A DNA stretch of 64,000 nt from an uncultured Poribacteria bacterium (lineage in GTDB: Bacteria > Poribacteria > WGA-4E > WGA-3G): NCBI GenBank assembly GCA_958296135.2, contig CATQHZ020000001.1, forward strand, positions 32,001 through 96,000, given 5' to 3'. Shown here in pieces: positions 28,969 through 39,647 of this stretch; position 1 is the stretch's first letter; the number at the start of each line of letters is the position of its first letter. Below the pieces are notes generated by a model. That model did not search any database. It was not told the DNA's origin and worked only from the letters and a program-made list of their open reading frames with translations. The translations under genes and the position numbers were made by a program.

Positions 28969-30060
28969 ATGACGTTAAAACATATCGTCCCTCTTTGCGC
29001 TATCCTCGCCCTCATTTTCGTAGGAGCGACCGGGAGCGTATTCGCTTTCTCTTTCGGCCCGTTAGATGAGAAAACGGGTGCCCCGAATGAAGGCACTTGC
29101 GCAGAATGCCATGTCGGCAATGACTTGGACTCCCCAGACGGGTCACTGACACTGGTTGACATCCCGGGAACTTATATGCCTAGTGAAGTGTATGAGATTG
29201 TCGTGGAGTTGGCACACGCTAATCAAAGCCGTTGGGGATTTGAAATGACGGCTCTCGATGCAGATGGCGCGAAAGCCGGCACCTTTGAACTCGTAGATGA
29301 AGCAAATACGCAGTTATCCACAGCAAATGACAAACAATACGTCAAGCACACAGCCGCTGGAACCGCGCAGGCGAAGTGGACTATTCAATGGACTGCCCCG
29401 GATACCGACATCGGGTCCATTACGTTCTACGCCGCAGGAAACGCCGCCGATGGCAAAGATGGAGCGGCGGGAGATTATATCCACACCACATCGGCTGAAT
29501 CAACGCCGCCTATCCCCACCGTCGCAGGCGTTTCATTAGAAGCCGACAGCATGGCGCAGTCAACGATGGATGCCACCGCAGGCGTAACGTATACTCTCAC
29601 CGTCACAAATACCGGGAATATGGCAGATACGTTAACGCTTGAAGTTTCGCCAGAAGTCGGCGTTGATGGCAGTGTCCTCGGCAAACTCAGCCAGGCATCC
29701 GTTGAACTTGATGCCGATGCAACCGCAGATGTCACATTGACAGTCGCTGGCGATGAGTTGACAGCCCCGGGCGATTATGAAGTCACCGTAACAGTAACTT
29801 CGGGCACTGATGATACGAAGACAGCGGATGTCGTAACGACAACAACGATAGAGATGCCGCCGATGCCTGAGTTCCCCGCTTGGGATCTCAATGAGGATGG
29901 CATCGTCAATATCCAAGATCTTGTCCTCGTCGCGGGCCAATTTGGGCAATCTGGGGCAGACCTGGCTGGCGATGTGAACGGCGATGGCACGGTGAATGTG
30001 TTGGATCTCGTCACAGTCTCTTCACATTTCGGAGAAGAGACAGCTGCACAAGCCCAGTAA
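28969..30060 (+). CDS. secreted protein: Reeler-like (choice-of-anchor V) domain, Ig-like domain, type I dockerin
   Basis: TGAPNEGTCAECH, WGFEMTA, GTF, WTAP, ITFYAAGNAADG; dockerin DLNEDGIVNIQDLV...DVNGDGTVNVLDLV. Confidence 0.78.
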   Translation: MTLKHIVPLCAILALIFVGATGSVFAFSFGPLDEKTGAPNEGTCAECHVGNDLDSPDGSLTLVDIPGTYMPSEVYEIVVELAHANQSRWGFEMTALDADGAKAGTFELVDEANTQLSTANDKQYVKHTAAGTAQAKWTIQWTAPDTDIGSITFYAAGNAADGKDGAAGDYIHTTSAESTPPIPTVAGVSLEADSMAQSTMDATAGVTYTLTVTNTGNMADTLTLEVSPEVGVDGSVLGKLSQASVELDADATADVTLTVAGDELTAPGDYEVTVTVTSGTDDTKTADVVTTTTIEMPPMPEFPAWDLNEDGIVNIQDLVLVAGQFGQSGADLAGDVNGDGTVNVLDLVTVSSHFGEETAAQAQ

Positions 30061-30257
30061 TCCCAAATCAAATGCGGCAGGATCGGATGAAGTTTCTGAG
30101 GCTATAACCGCTTTGGAAGGGAGCGCGATGGTCTGTCCCCGCGAACGTGACACGGCGAGGGACAGGCCCTCGCCCTACGGGAAGGGGAGGCGGCATTAAA
30201 CATAGCCCGATTTCGTTCTTAACCTTCGGATGATCTTGCGCTACAATAGGAGCGAAC

Positions 30258-31325
30258 ATGGCAGCTAAATATCGCGTTGGAATTATCGGATGTGGCGGCA
30301 TCGCCAATGCCCACGCGCGTGGGTATCAAGGCGTTGAACAAACCGAGATTGTCTCCCTGGCAGACCCGGTCCAAGCCGCACTTGACAAGTTTTCACACAC
30401 CTACGGTGTGCCGAGCGAGCACTGCTATCAGGACGCGCGCGACATGCTGGATAGCGAAACCCTCGATGTTGTGAGCGTCGCGACGTGGCATAAACTTCAT
30501 GCGCCGATGACAATCGCTGCCTGCGCGCGGAGCCCGAAGGCTGTCCTTTGTGAGAAACCGATGGGTGTCAACCTCGGCGAGTGCGATGAGATGTTAATCG
30601 CCGCGAACCGGAACAACGTCAAAGTTGTCATCGGGCATCAGCGCAGATTTAATTCGGCGTGGACAGACGCGCGCAATCTCATCGCCGCTGGCGCAATCGG
30701 GGAACCGCGCCAAATTGTCTGCCAGGGTGGGCAGGGGCTTTTGAACGACTGCTCACACCTTTTTGATATGATGCGCTATGTGCTCGGAGATCCGGCACCG
30801 CAGTGGGTCATCGGGAACGTAGAGCGCAAAACCGAACGGTACGAGCGCGATATCCAAATCGAAGACCGGAGTGCCGGGATTATCGGTTTTGAAGGTGGAT
30901 GCATCGGCATGCTCCTGCAGGAAATCGGCAGACCGAATTATCAGGGCGGCATCGTCTACGGCACAGATGGCATCGCCGACGTAACCGAGGCACGCGTCCG
31001 GCTCCTGAATAATAAAGCAACGGATTGGGAGGAACGTCCCTCCGATGGTACGAACCAGCACGTCGCGCAGGCGGCCGAATTAGTCAGTTGGATTGAAGAC
31101 GGCCCTGAGCATCGCGGTGAGGCAAAACATGGGCGCGCCGCCGTTGAAATTATCATGGCCATCTACGAGTCCACGCGGATGCATGAAGTGGTGCAATTGC
31201 CGTTGCGGACGCACGCCAATCCGCTTGATTTGATGATTGAAAACGGCGATTTGCCGATTGAACGCCCCGGGCGTTACGATATTCGGGCGTTTTTGTTGCA
31301 CGGCGAATCCATGACACCCGAATAA
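30258..31325 (+). CDS. Gfo/Idh/MocA family oxidoreductase
   Basis: GIIGCGGI, CEKP, GHQRRF. Confidence 0.9.
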   Translation: MAAKYRVGIIGCGGIANAHARGYQGVEQTEIVSLADPVQAALDKFSHTYGVPSEHCYQDARDMLDSETLDVVSVATWHKLHAPMTIAACARSPKAVLCEKPMGVNLGECDEMLIAANRNNVKVVIGHQRRFNSAWTDARNLIAAGAIGEPRQIVCQGGQGLLNDCSHLFDMMRYVLGDPAPQWVIGNVERKTERYERDIQIEDRSAGIIGFEGGCIGMLLQEIGRPNYQGGIVYGTDGIADVTEARVRLLNNKATDWEERPSDGTNQHVAQAAELVSWIEDGPEHRGEAKHGRAAVEIIMAIYESTRMHEVVQLPLRTHANPLDLMIENGDLPIERPGRYDIRAFLLHGESMTPE

Positions 31326-31441
31326 TACCGTAGCCTGTCCGTTACCCGTAGGGCGAGAGCCGTCTCTTTAGGAAACCTGGCAGCCTTTAGGCAGATAACG
31401 TCTTAGTTGCATAGAAATGTGTTTTTTTTTGTTAGAAAAAC

Positions 31442-31470
31442 TTGACAATGACGATAGAATAGGGTATAAT
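31442..31470 (+). promoter_or_regulatory. consensus sigma70 promoter
   Basis: TTGACA-N17-TATAAT. Confidence 0.75.
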
Positions 31471-31564
31471 AGCACCAGGAACCTAACAAAAGAGGGATTT
31501 ATTGTGCAACCTATCGAGATAACGACACCGAAGCCACGCTACAACTCATGAGGCTGAGAAAACC

Positions 31565-32809
31565 ATGCAAATTACACAAGGCGTTAGCGTTGGGTTGGCG
31601 GCACTGCGGCGCAACAAATTGCGCTCCGTGCTCACGACGCTAGGGATAGTCATCGGCATCGCGACCGTTGTCGCCGTGGTGTCTCTCGGCGGCGGTGCTG
31701 AACAGATTGTGTTGGCCGAGTTGGAGAAAATGGGTGCCGCTAGCATGATTTACTGTTTTCGGCCAGGCTATATTAAAAGAGATGATGGCGTGTATGTGCG
31801 GAATACTACTCCCGAACAATTGGAATACGAGGACGGTGACTTTATCCTTGAAAATTGTCCTAATGTCGCCAACGTTTTAATTGCTTCCGAACGGGAATTT
31901 TCTGTCAAGCATAAACGGACGGCTCAGTCTCTCCAAGTTGATGGTGTCACCCCTGCTTACCAAGATGTGGAGAATTGGTATGTGAAACTTGGCCGGTTTC
32001 TGTCCGAGGACGACATTGAGCGAAGCGATACCGTCTGTGTTATCGGTTCCAAGGTTCGCAAGGACCTGTTTCAGGGCGCAGATCCGATTGGACTGGAACT
32101 GAAAATCGGTGACGAACGGTTTACCGTCATCGGTGTGATGGCGGAGAAGGGGAGTCAAATGTGGCAAGGCGGGTGGGATAGCCGCGTGATAATTCCCTTC
32201 TCCACGATGCGGACTCGGTTCCTCGACCCGGGGTGGCCCGGTGTCGGCTATATCCGTGTCCAAGCCAAGAGTTTTGAACAAGTCGATCAGGCACTGATGG
32301 AGCTCAAAATCGCCCTGCGGCAGCGTCACATCTCTGAAAAATACTTTGAATTTTTCACGCTAAAGGAAGCTATCAAGCAGCTGAGCTCGACAAGTCGGAC
32401 TATCCAAATTTTGCTAGGGGGTGTCGCTACGCTCGCGCTGTTCGTCGGCGGCATCGGCATTATGAACATCATGCTTGTCTCCGTGACGGAGAGAACCGGC
32501 GAAATCGGCTTGCGTAAGGCGGTTGGGGCAAAGCGGCTCGACATTCTCACCCAGTTTTTGATTGAGTCCATTGTGCTCAGCCTTTGTGGTGGGGTTATCG
32601 GCATCTTTATCGGAGTCGGCCTTGTCTTTGGAACCGTCACAGTGCTTACAACGTTCGTCATGAAAGGGATAGCCTGGCCCGTTGTTGTCTCCGTGCAAGC
32701 GACGCTCATCGCGTTTGGCGTTTCGGCGTGCATCGGGATATTCTTTGGGCTCTATCCTGCAAACAAAGCTGCCAACCTGATGCCAACAGAAGCATTGCGC
32801 CACGAATAG
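31565..32809 (+). CDS. MacB/FtsX-family ABC transporter permease
   Basis: RSVLTTLGIVIG, GGIGIMNIMLVSVTERTGEIGLRKAVGA. Confidence 0.9.
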   Translation: MQITQGVSVGLAALRRNKLRSVLTTLGIVIGIATVVAVVSLGGGAEQIVLAELEKMGAASMIYCFRPGYIKRDDGVYVRNTTPEQLEYEDGDFILENCPNVANVLIASEREFSVKHKRTAQSLQVDGVTPAYQDVENWYVKLGRFLSEDDIERSDTVCVIGSKVRKDLFQGADPIGLELKIGDERFTVIGVMAEKGSQMWQGGWDSRVIIPFSTMRTRFLDPGWPGVGYIRVQAKSFEQVDQALMELKIALRQRHISEKYFEFFTLKEAIKQLSSTSRTIQILLGGVATLALFVGGIGIMNIMLVSVTERTGEIGLRKAVGAKRLDILTQFLIESIVLSLCGGVIGIFIGVGLVFGTVTVLTTFVMKGIAWPVVVSVQATLIAFGVSACIGIFFGLYPANKAANLMPTEALRHE

Positions 32810-32884
32810 TTTACGTCCCGGCGAGGGCCAGGCCCTCGCGCTACGAACTGTTGGCGGTTTTCTGTATCCTAAGGAGTCAACTCT

Positions 32885-33913
32885 ATGCCAAACCAAACTT
32901 CCACCGTGCGCGCCGCTGTCATTGGACTTGGGTGGCCCGGGATGCAACATCTCAAAGGCTACATTGCCGATGCCCGCGCCGAAGTCATCGCTGTCTGTGA
33001 GTTGGACAAAGCGCACGCACAGCAGGTAGCGGCGCAATACAACATCCCGCATATCTACACAGACCACGGGGAGATGTTGGCAAACAAGGAGATTGATGCT
33101 GTCAGCGTCTGTCTGCCAAATTTCCTCCACGCGCCGATGACGATAGATGCCTTAAACGCGGGCAAACATGTGCTGTGTGAGAAACCGCCGGCGTGCAATG
33201 CGGCGGAGGCACAAGCGATGGCCGATGCCGCGACGCAAAACGGAAAAACCTTAATGTATGCGCTTGTGCAGCGGTTTGGCGGCAGCACGCAGCGACTCAA
33301 ACAACTCATTGACAATGGCGAACTCGGCGACGTTTATTTCGGGAAAGCCGGATACGTTCGCCGACGCGGTATCCCTATCGGCAAGGGAGGATGGTTTGTT
33401 GATAAAGCACGCGCGGGCGGCGGCGCGCTCATCGATATCGGTGTCCACGCGCTAGATTGCGTCTGGTGGTTGATGGGCTCCCCGAAACCGGTTGAGATTA
33501 TGGGTGCGGCGTATTCGCACTTTGGGCATCTCGTCCCCGATAACGTCAAATACGATGTTGACGATGCCACCTTCGCGCAAATCCATTTTCAAAACGGCGC
33601 GAGCCTCGTGCTTGAAACGACATGGGCCCTGAACCTACCAGGCGACAATTACATCAAAATCGCAGGCACGAAAGCCGGCGCAAGCCTCAATCCGTTCACG
33701 CTTTACACTGAAGAGAACGGAAAAGAGGTAGATAAACCACTTGAAGCACCCGATAGGAATAGTTTTGACGAAGAAGTGAAACACTTCGTGGCATGCTTAG
33801 TCGAAGGAAAAGAGCCTATCTCCTCCGCCGAGCAAGGTGTCATCCTGATGCAGATGCTTGATGCGATTTACGAGTCTGCAGCGAAAGGCGGCTCCGTGCA
33901 AATTCGGACGTGA
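32885..33913 (+). CDS. Gfo/Idh/MocA family oxidoreductase
   Basis: IGLG, GKHVLCEKP, GGGALIDIGVH. Confidence 0.9.
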   Translation: MPNQTSTVRAAVIGLGWPGMQHLKGYIADARAEVIAVCELDKAHAQQVAAQYNIPHIYTDHGEMLANKEIDAVSVCLPNFLHAPMTIDALNAGKHVLCEKPPACNAAEAQAMADAATQNGKTLMYALVQRFGGSTQRLKQLIDNGELGDVYFGKAGYVRRRGIPIGKGGWFVDKARAGGGALIDIGVHALDCVWWLMGSPKPVEIMGAAYSHFGHLVPDNVKYDVDDATFAQIHFQNGASLVLETTWALNLPGDNYIKIAGTKAGASLNPFTLYTEENGKEVDKPLEAPDRNSFDEEVKHFVACLVEGKEPISSAEQGVILMQMLDAIYESAAKGGSVQIRT

Positions 33914-34725
33914 AGACGTTCTATCGCACACTCCTTGTCTATCTGGCGTTTGCGCGGACATCGTTTCAGAAACGGATGCAGTATCGGGTGGCAAACCTCG
34001 CGGGATTGACGACAAATTTCTTCTTCCTTTTGGTGCATATTTTCGTCTATACCGCCTTCTATGCCGCCTCGCGCGAGCCGCAGCCCCTCAACCTAACGGA
34101 AGTCCGCACCTACATCGTGCTGTGCCAAGCGTTCATCATGCTGATGCCGCTGTGGGGTGGCCGCTCCGAAATTGCAGACACAGTGAAAGATGGCAGCGTC
34201 GCGCTCCAACTTGTCAAACCGGTTGACTTTCAAGCCTATTGGCTCGCCGATGCGTTGGGCAAGGCGTTCTACTACCTCCTCATGCGGAGCCTTCCTGCCT
34301 ATTGGCTCGGTAAACTTCTCTTTGGGACCGTCCTGCCGCAGCAGCTTGGCACCTATTTCGCGTTCGCGGTTTCAATGCTCATCGCCATTTACCTCAGCAC
34401 CGCAATAACGATAACTACCCGTAGTATTGCGTTCTGGACGCTCGATGTGACAGGCGTGAACTACATCGCTCACACCGTCATCACCTTCTTTTCCGGACTA
34501 TTTGTACCCATCGCGTTATGGCCCGAGTGGCTCGCGGATATCGCAAGATGGCTGCCCTTTGAAGGCCTCATTGATATTCCGTTCAGTATCTACCTCGGCA
34601 CACTCACTGGCGTGGATATCTGGCAGGCGATAGGCAAACAGGTGATGTGGACGCTCGTTTTTATCGGGCTCGGGCGCGGCATTATCACCCGTGGGTTTTC
34701 CCGGCTCGTCATCCAAGGCGGCTAA
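33910..34725 (+). CDS. ABC-2 type permease (DUF990-like)
   Basis: YR, DG...L.KP, FSG..VP, C-terminal IQGG. Confidence 0.8.
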   Translation: MKTFYRTLLVYLAFARTSFQKRMQYRVANLAGLTTNFFFLLVHIFVYTAFYAASREPQPLNLTEVRTYIVLCQAFIMLMPLWGGRSEIADTVKDGSVALQLVKPVDFQAYWLADALGKAFYYLLMRSLPAYWLGKLLFGTVLPQQLGTYFAFAVSMLIAIYLSTAITITTRSIAFWTLDVTGVNYIAHTVITFFSGLFVPIALWPEWLADIARWLPFEGLIDIPFSIYLGTLTGVDIWQAIGKQVMWTLVFIGLGRGIITRGFSRLVIQGG

Positions 34726-34765
34726 GGGCGCAGTTGGAAACCGCGCCTACGGAATTCATTCTGCA

Positions 34766-35551
34766 ATGCACCACCTTGCACTCTACTTGCATTTCGTGAA
34801 ACTTCGCATCCGCGCGCAGATGGAGTATCGCCTCTCATTCCTCTTTGAGTTGTTCGCGCAAGCCTGCCTCGCTGTCATTGACTTTTTCATGATTGCGATG
34901 CTGTTCGGCCGTTTCAAACAACTGGCGGGGTGGACGCTCTGGGAAGTCGGTTTGCTTTACGGCATGGTTGGCATCTGCTTCGCGCTTGCCGAAATGTTTG
35001 CGAGAGGCTTTGATCTCTTTCCCGATAACGTTGTGCGCGGCGAATTTGATACCATGCTGATTCGGCCCCTTGATACCTTCTTTCAAGTGTTGGCGCATCA
35101 GTTTATTCTCCGGCGGTTAGGGAAACTCTTACAAGCACTTGTTATCTTGCTCATTGCGGGTTCACAGGTAGCCATCGCGTGGACGTTCCCCAAAATTGCG
35201 TATTTGTTCATCGCGCTAGTTGGAGGCACCTGCTTCTTTATTGGGCTCTTTGTCATCGGCGCAACAACCTGTTTCTGGACTATCCACTCGCTTGAGATGA
35301 TTAATATCTTCACGAATGGCGGCATTTTTATGGGAAGTTACCCGTTTTCGATTTACCGGCGATGGTTTCGGCTTTTTTTTACCTTCGTTATCCCACTTGC
35401 GTGCGTCAACTATTTTCCATCGCTGTTCTTGCTTGGCAAGTCTGCGTCAAGAGGTGTGCTTGTCGCACCGTTTGTTGGATTCATTTTCCTCGGGGGCGCG
35501 ATGCTCTTTTGGAGATGGGGCGTGTTGCATTATCAAAGCACGGGACATTAG
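34766..35551 (+). CDS. ABC-2 type permease (DUF990-like)
   Basis: GEFDTMLIRP, YPFSIY, C-terminal YQSTG. Confidence 0.8.
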   Translation: MHHLALYLHFVKLRIRAQMEYRLSFLFELFAQACLAVIDFFMIAMLFGRFKQLAGWTLWEVGLLYGMVGICFALAEMFARGFDLFPDNVVRGEFDTMLIRPLDTFFQVLAHQFILRRLGKLLQALVILLIAGSQVAIAWTFPKIAYLFIALVGGTCFFIGLFVIGATTCFWTIHSLEMINIFTNGGIFMGSYPFSIYRRWFRLFFTFVIPLACVNYFPSLFLLGKSASRGVLVAPFVGFIFLGGAMLFWRWGVLHYQSTGH

Positions 35552-35605
35552 CCGGGGCGCAGCAGCACCGCCGGGAGCGCGGTTCCAAATCGCACCTTAC
35601 GGAAA

Positions 35606-36619
35606 ATGGGAAAACCGATGATAGAAGTTCGCAACCTCAGCAAAACCTTTAAAGTCTATCACCACCGCAAAGGGTTTTTTGGCACGTTCGCCAATCTCTT
35701 TTCGCGCAAACATCGCATCGTCCAAGCGGTAGAGAACGTCTCATTCACCGTGACGCGCGGCGAAATCGTCGGATATCTCGGACCGAATGGCGCGGGAAAA
35801 TCGACAACTATCAAAATGCTCACTGGCATCCTCGTCCCCTCGTCAGGCAGCGTTACCGTGAACGGTTATATCCCGCATCGCCAACGGAAGGAGAATGCGA
35901 AGCGCATCGGCGTTGTCTTTGGACAACGTTCGCATCTGTGGTTCGATTTGCCGGTGCAAGAATCGTTTGAATTGCTCCGGCGTATCTATCGGATTCCACA
36001 GGAGCAGTATCGGCACAATGTGGCGATGTTTGACGAGTTGCTCGGGCTCGGCGCGTTTTTTCAGACACCCGTCCGCCAGCTCAGCCTCGGACAACGGATG
36101 CGCGCAGACCTCGGGGCCGCCCTCCTCCACAATCCCGATGTCCTGTTTCTTGATGAACCGACTATCGGATTGGATGTCGTCGCCAAATCGCGTATCCGCC
36201 AGTTTATCCGCCAGCTTAACGCTGAACGGCAGGTTACGGTGGTGTTAACAACGCACGACCTGGATGATGTAGAGCAGCTCTGCAACCGGGTAATTCTCAT
36301 CGATGATGCGCGCCTCCTCTTCGATGGCGAGCTCGCCACACTTCGGCGGATGCTTTCAAAAGAACGGCTGCTCAGTGTCGATTACGCTGAGGACTACTCG
36401 GACGTTCGCATGCCTCACACGCGCCTTGTGCATCGAGAAGGCACCCGCGTTCAGTATCGTTTCTCTCCAGAAGAAATTCGCACGGCAGCACTCATCGGCG
36501 CGCTCCTCCAAAAATTCAATATTGTTGACATTTCTCTCCAAGAACCGGATATTGAGGAGCTCATCAAGACTGTTTATGAGGATAATCTTATCCTTCGGGA
36601 AACCTCCAAGCTGATTTAG
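35606..36619 (+). CDS. ABC transporter ATP-binding protein
   Basis: GPNGAGKST, LSLGQ, FLDEPT. Confidence 0.92.
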   Translation: MGKPMIEVRNLSKTFKVYHHRKGFFGTFANLFSRKHRIVQAVENVSFTVTRGEIVGYLGPNGAGKSTTIKMLTGILVPSSGSVTVNGYIPHRQRKENAKRIGVVFGQRSHLWFDLPVQESFELLRRIYRIPQEQYRHNVAMFDELLGLGAFFQTPVRQLSLGQRMRADLGAALLHNPDVLFLDEPTIGLDVVAKSRIRQFIRQLNAERQVTVVLTTHDLDDVEQLCNRVILIDDARLLFDGELATLRRMLSKERLLSVDYAEDYSDVRMPHTRLVHREGTRVQYRFSPEEIRTAALIGALLQKFNIVDISLQEPDIEELIKTVYEDNLILRETSKLI

Positions 36620-36831
36620 TTTTCCGATACTGCGCCTTTGCTGGCAGGACGATTCCGTTCTCTAGTGGTTCGGAACGTAAGGTGGATTTCTCTATCCCCC
36701 GGTCGGCTTCCCCAATTATTTTCTTTGTCTTCATCTGATCTGTTCAGGCTCAATTGCACCCGGACTACAGAACCACACAAATTTGAAAAATAGTGTAGAC
36801 TGGGGATAAATTTAAACGTGGAGATAAAGGA

Positions 36832-37104
36832 ATGAGATTCATTACAGACACAAAACGGGCGAAAAACCTGCTATACGCCGGTTGCTTGTTAATAATCATT
36901 GGAGGGACAGTAGATTTGATCACCGGCAATACGCTTGCATGTCTTGTTTTTCTCAATCTAGGTAGCTTGCTGGCCACGCTGTCATTCAAATCGGAGAAAT
37001 TTATCAAGTTGCCGCGTCCCCTGATTAATTTTTTCCTGTGGGCGACCGCGATTTCGATCTGCGGAATGATTATGGGGGTAATCTTCTTCCCGGGAGCGCT
37101 GTAA
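36832..37104 (+). CDS. small hydrophobic membrane protein
   Basis: About 3 TM segments, GGAG SD; followed by a hairpin. Confidence 0.55.
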   Translation: MRFITDTKRAKNLLYAGCLLIIIGGTVDLITGNTLACLVFLNLGSLLATLSFKSEKFIKLPRPLINFFLWATAISICGMIMGVIFFPGAL

Positions 37105-37125
37105 ATCATCGGCAAATAAACAATA

Positions 37126-37158
37126 GGGGCACTGAAACACTTAGTTTCAGTGCCCCTT
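37126..37158 (+). terminator. hairpin, putative terminator
   Basis: ggggcactgaaac-actta-gtttcagtgcccc. Confidence 0.5.
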
Positions 37159-37244
37159 CATGTCCGGCATAATACCCTTACCACTGAACCAGAAAAGAAT
37201 AATCATTTGCGTGTTTTTCTCACCCCAGGAAATAAGAGGGAAAA

Positions 37245-39641
37245 ATGCCGATACGATCACAACTCGGGCACATAGGTCCATGGATCTTGATTGGTACCAT
37301 TCTGCTTATCGCCTTCTGGATTCGGATTCAGGGCGTAAACACGCTCCCCGATGAACAATTCACTGGCACCGATCCCTATCTCTATTATTGGCAAGCCCAG
37401 ATTATCTCTGAGAACGGACAACTCCCAGCCCGTGATATGCACCGCTGGCTGCCCTACGGCAGAGACTTAGGGCAAACCCTGAATCTCTATTCCTACGTTC
37501 TCGCTTATGCCCATAAAGTCATCGCGCTGTGTTTTCCGAGTATATCGCTTTATCTCGTCACCGTCTACTCGCCTGCTGTTTGCTTTATCATTGGGCTCGG
37601 AGTGCTTTGGGTATTCTTGGCGCGCGCTTTCAGTCTGCTCTTTTCAAGTATGATAGGCACACTTTTGGCAACTCTCCCTGGCACCATCGACCGCAGTGCT
37701 GCTGCATTCAGTGACCGGGACAGTTGGTGCTGGTTCTTGGGTGTGCTCGCCATCACAACCTATCTCACATCACTACAAACGCGATGCCCACGCAAGCGAC
37801 TTCTTTTTACAATCGTGAGTGGTGTTACCATGTGCCTCGGCGGCATTTCCTGGGAAGGCTTTGGTGTCTTTCTCAGCATCATCCTTTGCGTGGAACTGTG
37901 GAAATGCCTAACGTCCAAAACAGAGGAAGGTTTGGGATACTATCTCATCTGGACGTTAACGTTCGTGCCGACGCTGTTCCTTGCATCGCCGACCTATCGA
38001 AGCGGGGAAGGTTTTGCAACACACCTCTTTGCCTTCATGCTAGGGCCACCCGTGGCCCTGTTAACGCTTCGCGTGCTCCGGCACCTGCTGCTAACCAAAA
38101 CACGCCTGGCTGTGCATCGGACGCATGGACGTGTCCTTGCAATCGGCTTGACGTTTGCAAGTCTCGCAATCGCGCTCTGCTACGTTCTCAGTCAAATGGA
38201 TACCTTTGCCAATACCACCGTTCCGTTGAGTCAAAACAAACTCATGCAAACTATTGGAGAACTTGAAAATCCTGATTATAGTTACTGGAAATTCAGATAC
38301 GGCAGCGTTTTTATCATAGGGAGCATCGGTGCCTTCGTTGCGAGCATCCGCCTTTGGAAAAAACTGGGGCTCGTATTGACGGTAACGCTTGCCCTCTTCA
38401 CGCTCACCACCTTTTTTCGAAACGCACTTGATCCAGTTTGGGGCGAATCACTCGGCAATATCTTTTTCGGTATTGCTTGTGCAGCCTGTGCTATTGGGCT
38501 CCTGCTTGTGGCATCACAGCGAACAGATCCGCCCCAAAATGAACTCCCATTTGTCGCCGCTGTTGCATGGTTTCTTCTGTGGGTAGCCCTTTCGCGCGAT
38601 GCATTGCGCTATGACTTCTTCATCGGATTTCCGGTCGCTTTCTTTACTGCAGACCTCATACAATACTTGTCTCAGACGTTCAGCAAGAAACTGAGACACT
38701 CAGTTTACATAACTGATAAGTTTCGGAAGGATGTACAACACATCCCCCTAAAAATCGGATTTGCCTTCTTACTCCTCGCTTTGCTTATGTTCTGGCAGCC
38801 TATGGGTGCTCACACAAAACGTTCCATTTACGCGGCGGCAACGATGCGGGCACCCATCCCCGGAAACACGCGCACCCTTCAAGCGTTCCGCTGGATGCAG
38901 GCAGAACTGCCACAAAATGCCATTGTCGCTGCGAGCACAGGATATGGCGGGCAACTAAACGTCCTCGGCGGTGTCAAAACCATCACCGACCCAGACCACT
39001 TTATACAGAACTGGATATACCTTTATTATCGACATGTCTTCTGTACCCATGAAGGGAGAGAGGCATTAGAATTCCTAAGAACACACGGAGCGACACACCT
39101 CATGTTAACAGAGAAGGATTTCCGCAACAGCGGTGTCCACGCAATGCTTGGGAACTATGACGCGCCTGCGGCAAGGTTTAAGCCGAGACAACTTCAAGTC
39201 ACCGAAAAAAGCGTTGGGGGGCCTCAACGCCTCGCTGGCCTGAGACAGACACCGTTTGCAGCAATCACGTACGAGGCAGTGAACCCTGCGAGCATCAGGG
39301 CGCGTCTGAAAACCGGGAAAATCGTAAACCTCCCTTATGTCGCGTTCAAAAAAACCCAACGTGAATCATACCTAATAGATACCGAGGAGGAATATCCATA
39401 TGGAGGTCTGGCACTCTATTTTGACGAACATACGCAGCTTCAGAAAGCCTATTATATACCTAGTGCCGGATGGAAAAGTCTCGCCTGCCGTCTCTACATT
39501 CATGGGCACATGCAAAACGTTTTCGTCCCTATATATCCTACGGATAATTTCGGAGCAGCAGACGTGAAGGTTTGGGAGCTCCACTATCCTCCAGACATCA
39601 AACCAAACCCCAAATACCTTGCAACCGAACCGGAGGAGTAG
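37245..39641 (+). CDS. STT3/AglB-like GT-C membrane glycosyltransferase
   Basis: GTDPYLYY, FSDRD, SWEG, TIGEL, many TMs; C-terminal W...LP..A.VAASTGYG in place of WWDYG. Confidence 0.7.
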   Translation: MPIRSQLGHIGPWILIGTILLIAFWIRIQGVNTLPDEQFTGTDPYLYYWQAQIISENGQLPARDMHRWLPYGRDLGQTLNLYSYVLAYAHKVIALCFPSISLYLVTVYSPAVCFIIGLGVLWVFLARAFSLLFSSMIGTLLATLPGTIDRSAAAFSDRDSWCWFLGVLAITTYLTSLQTRCPRKRLLFTIVSGVTMCLGGISWEGFGVFLSIILCVELWKCLTSKTEEGLGYYLIWTLTFVPTLFLASPTYRSGEGFATHLFAFMLGPPVALLTLRVLRHLLLTKTRLAVHRTHGRVLAIGLTFASLAIALCYVLSQMDTFANTTVPLSQNKLMQTIGELENPDYSYWKFRYGSVFIIGSIGAFVASIRLWKKLGLVLTVTLALFTLTTFFRNALDPVWGESLGNIFFGIACAACAIGLLLVASQRTDPPQNELPFVAAVAWFLLWVALSRDALRYDFFIGFPVAFFTADLIQYLSQTFSKKLRHSVYITDKFRKDVQHIPLKIGFAFLLLALLMFWQPMGAHTKRSIYAAATMRAPIPGNTRTLQAFRWMQAELPQNAIVAASTGYGGQLNVLGGVKTITDPDHFIQNWIYLYYRHVFCTHEGREALEFLRTHGATHLMLTEKDFRNSGVHAMLGNYDAPAARFKPRQLQVTEKSVGGPQRLAGLRQTPFAAITYEAVNPASIRARLKTGKIVNLPYVAFKKTQRESYLIDTEEEYPYGGLALYFDEHTQLQKAYYIPSAGWKSLACRLYIHGHMQNVFVPIYPTDNFGAADVKVWELHYPPDIKPNPKYLATEPEE

Positions 39642-39647
39642 ACACTC

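Noticed and set aside
31504-31551. Short ORF VQPIEITTPKPRYNS after a promoter and SD
   Set aside because: No regulatory codon run or attenuator structure; could be a gene remnant, but unsupported.
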